Shown here: piece by piece, positions 14,301-15,772 of the stretch
Numbering within the stretch: position 1 is the stretch's first letter
Layout of the letters: the number at the start of each line of letters is the position of its first letter
Assembly (NCBI GenBank): GCA_046758365.1
Contig: JBHIAC010000077.1
Location: 1 to 15,772, forward strand
Direction of reading: 5' to 3'
Source: a bacterium
GTDB lineage: Bacteria; Zhuqueibacterota; Zhuqueibacteria; Oceanimicrobiales; Oceanimicrobiaceae
DNA length: 15,772 bases
Notes under the pieces: generated by a model
What the model saw: the letters and a program-made list of their open reading frames with translations, nothing else
The model's database searches: none
Told to the model about the DNA's origin: nothing
Position numbers and translations under genes: made by a program

Positions 14301-15772
14301 GTATCTGGCGCTGGTTCAATAGATTTTATAAATCCCAATCGATTGTTCAAATATGATATTAATGGCAACTTGTTGGCAACATTTGACCAGGGAACCACAA
14401 CTTTTGTTGGCTGGACGGATCTGGCATTCGATGGGACTTTTTTATATGGCATCGAGCGGGACGCACAAAAAATTGACCAAATTAATCCAACCACTGGTAT
14501 GAAAACAGGTTTCACCATTCCTAGTCCTGTATTGTTAGGTAGGGCGTTGGCTTATGATCCAGCTAAGGATCATTTCTGGGTTTCTGGTCTTAGAAGTCAT
14601 GGCGTTTTTTATATATATGAAATAGATCGCCAGGGTAATGTTATCAATCAATTTTCAAATCCATTAGAGATTCGTGGCTTGGGTTGGGACGATAGGATTC
14701 CTGGGAGACCCTTTCTCTGGATCTGGTCAAGTGATGGAAATGGCACCCTTGCTACATTGTTTGATCCAGCATCTGGTATATTTACAGGTCTATCTTTTGA
14801 TGGTGTATTATTAGGGGGTTCCAATGTCGCCGGTGGCGCAACATTTACTACTGCTCTACCTACTAACCCACCCGGAATAGGGGTATTAATTGGTTTACAC
14901 CAAGATATTTTGGATACAATTATTGGATATTTAGTGCCCCCTAACTGGATAACCAGTTCGAATCCAAAGATGGGAACCATCGCTTCTGGAGCCAGTCAAA
15001 ATGTGGAGGTTAGTTTTGATGCCTTGAATCTTTCGCCTGGAAATTTTATGGCCGGCGTGGTGGTTGACAGCAATGATCCGGACCAAGCCAGAGAGATTAT
15101 TCAGATCAATTTAACCGTAAAGACTCCCACAGGAAAACAGATTCGAGTGGCGCCAGATTCTATCAATTTCGGAGAGGTTGAACTCGGACAAACCAGTGCT
15201 ACGGCAACGGTTCAAATTATCAGCGTGGGTGGTGAAAATTTAACTGTATCTGATATTTCCAAGCCTAGTTCCGATTTTACCCTAAGCGACTTGCCTACTT
15301 TGCCCGTGATCATGCCGCCGGGAAGTATGGTTGAGTTCCGTGTTGCTTTTGTGCCTAATTCAACTGAAGAAATCCACAGAACCATTACTATTACCAGTGA
15401 CGATGCGGATAATCCTTCGGTGAACGTGTCTCTTTTAGGTCATGGTAGCCCTATTGTTTCTGTCGCAGAGCCAAATCCCTCAAATACGATACCTGCAAAA
15501 TTTGTGTTAGAACAAAATTATCCCAACCCATTCAATCCTGTAACAAAAATTCGTTACACAATTCCTGAAAACAGTTATGTTACCCTGAAGGTGTTTAACT
15601 TGTTGGGTCAGGCTGTTCGAACTTTGGTGGACAATCAACAAGGGGTGAATACATACGAAATTAACTGGGACGGTAAGAATGATACAGGAGTATTGCAGCC
15701 AAGCGGCCTCTATATCTTCCAACTCAAAGCAGGTAACAATGTACAAACAAGAAAAATGTTATTCATAAAATA
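11343..15772 (+). CDS. Large secreted multidomain protein (~1476 aa): NDxC/PPC-like domain, PPDP...RWGDY predicted beta-propeller, ASH/choice-of-anchor D Ig repeats, second beta-propeller, C-terminal T9SS type A (FlgD-Ig-like) sorting domain
   Basis: Manual translation from ATG 11343 (SD AAGGAGGT at 11331-11338) is open to the end of the window. It ends FVLEQNYPNPFNPVTKIRYTIP...VTLKVFNLLGQAVRTLV...INWDGKNDTG...SGLYIFQLKAGNNVQTRKMLFIK, then 'TA' (probable truncated stop at 15771-15773). Absent from the ORF track. Confidence 0.92.
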   Translation, partial: MKFSGIRFNLLSLKFGFFCRINFLTSIFLGLFVYGYYFRAVLAQESVQSGNLEKIPYLAQYQMQISGEAGEVEPPLNDECETAIIVNSLPFKDLQNTRNATYNPADPKLSCSDDGNQTYGNTVWYTFTAMDNINVNISTNGSNYDTFIEVFNGDCANLTEIDCADIGFTDNLVFDAIAGETYFIKIGEYQGGTGGGELLFSMRVDSLFQGPETGSIASGAFVSTDNFSSITAKNKGLKERKDHLQRVVPLRDIVIRNDLKKPLVEPTGPVGSNFVEDLDSLLFEINAPRFEKGFPGIPDDANSAGLVFIPPDPIIAAGPNHLVACINTDFAIFDKIGNKLFEVDATEWFENVLPGLDPANQEPFSAVFDPQIVYDHFADRWVMIYIATDLVGQSFLLLSTSDDDNPLGTWCNWALPGNQNGSTPNTNINDFPKLGFDNQAIYVTTNQFDLVTSSFQYVQVRIIGKAQLYQNTCGPVTWTDFWDLRNPSNLFLPTFTTVPAVTFGTPGVEYLVDVDFINFSSGTFMNLWSLTDPLGSPTLSAVTVSVTAFNSPPDADQFGGSTIPIDVGGRRNRNVVYKNGSVWTAHSVGDVSGQFARARYVRIDVSSAMAIEDFAFGKDNFWYFYPAVMVDKSGNLFMAFTRSGFTEFASARYTGRLTTDPAGLQASALLKAGEANYVKTFDDPRNRWGDYNGIALDPVDNSKVWMFIEYAASPANTWGTWIGSTSFIPLSGPQIEFKPETIDFGAVLVGESSFPVPVTIQNIGDQTLTVNNISLGNAMGPFTLSGLPALPTDIPSFGSIEFSAIFAPIVEEAAIDIITISSNDADDPSVTITIQGTTSANIDLSASTLEVSVESGQTTNEIFTIKNTGGVDLEFDISFTGVGTLNPSGLAAPVSHRVHQDVTLNRPFNNSKISNGLNTRKKVLLNPDAAGDKDYDFSAVDEPLAFEVERSALQYTAPNTIFQYDVSTPAGEALALGIEFESNFIWVSGAGSIDFINPNRLFKYDINGNLLATFDQGTTTFVGWTDLAFDGTFLYGIERDAQKIDQINPTTGMKTGFTIPSPVLLGRALAYDPAKDHFWVSGLRSHGVFYIYEIDRQGNVINQFSNPLEIRGLGWDDRIPGRPFLWIWSSDGNGTLATLFDPASGIFTGLSFDGVLLGGSNVAGGATFTTALPTNPPGIGVLIGLHQDILDTIIGYLVPPNWITSSNPKMGTIASGASQNVEVSFDALNLSPGNFMAGVVVDSNDPDQAREIIQINLTVKTPTGKQIRVAPDSINFGEVELGQTSATATVQIISVGGENLTVSDISKPSSDFTLSDLPTLPVIMPPGSMVEFRVAFVPNSTEEIHRTITITSDDADNPSVNVSLLGHGSPIVSVAEPNPSNTIPAKFVLEQNYPNPFNPVTKIRYTIPENSYVTLKVFNLLGQAVRTLVDNQQGVNTYEINWDGKNDTGVLQPSGLYIFQLKAGNNVQTRKMLFIK
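13539..15446 (+). repeat. Two paralogous ~100-aa Ig-like (ASH/choice-of-anchor D) domains at ~13539-13850 and ~15138-15446
   Basis: Copy 1: PETIDFGAV...TLSGLPALP...FAP...ITISSNDADDPSVTITIQG. Copy 2: PDSINFGEV...TLSDLPTLP...FVP...ITITSDDADNPSVNVSLLG. Confidence 0.8.

Noticed and set aside
11899..15746. Short track ORFs 11899..12120, 12074..12283, 12534..12743, 13003..13314, 13637..13855, 14228..14518, 14648..14980 and 15507..15746
   Set aside because: All lie inside or antisense to the long 11343..15772 reading frame and show no recognisable motifs.

Overview
AT-rich bacterial chromosomal segment, probably from the FCB superphylum (inferred from a YPNPFN-type T9SS C-terminal sorting domain; KSB1/Calditrichota-like is a guess). 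It has three blocks. (1) Plus strand: a 5'-truncated 2,4-diaminopentanoate/amine dehydrogenase-like gene, a small membrane protein, a CNNM/CorC (DUF21-CBS-CorC) membrane protein and a SixA phosphohistidine phosphatase. (2) Minus strand, driven by a near-consensus sigma70 promoter: an NTT/TLC-family nucleotide transporter fused to HEAT repeats and a stand-alone cNMP-binding protein with a non-canonical phosphate-binding cassette. After an intergenic nested palindrome come a receiver-only response regulator and a soluble GAF histidine kinase that converges on sixA. (3) Plus strand, divergent: three exported proteins, namely a metal-dependent amidohydrolase, a YVTN/YncE beta-propeller, and a ~1476-aa multidomain T9SS-type cargo protein (11343 to the window end). 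The ORF track missed this last gene because its stop codon is cut by the window edge. No rRNA, tRNA, CRISPR array or transposase was seen. The best candidate for an uncharacterised system is the NTT-HEAT / cNMP-binding / response regulator / GAF kinase (+SixA) nucleotide-sensing cluster.
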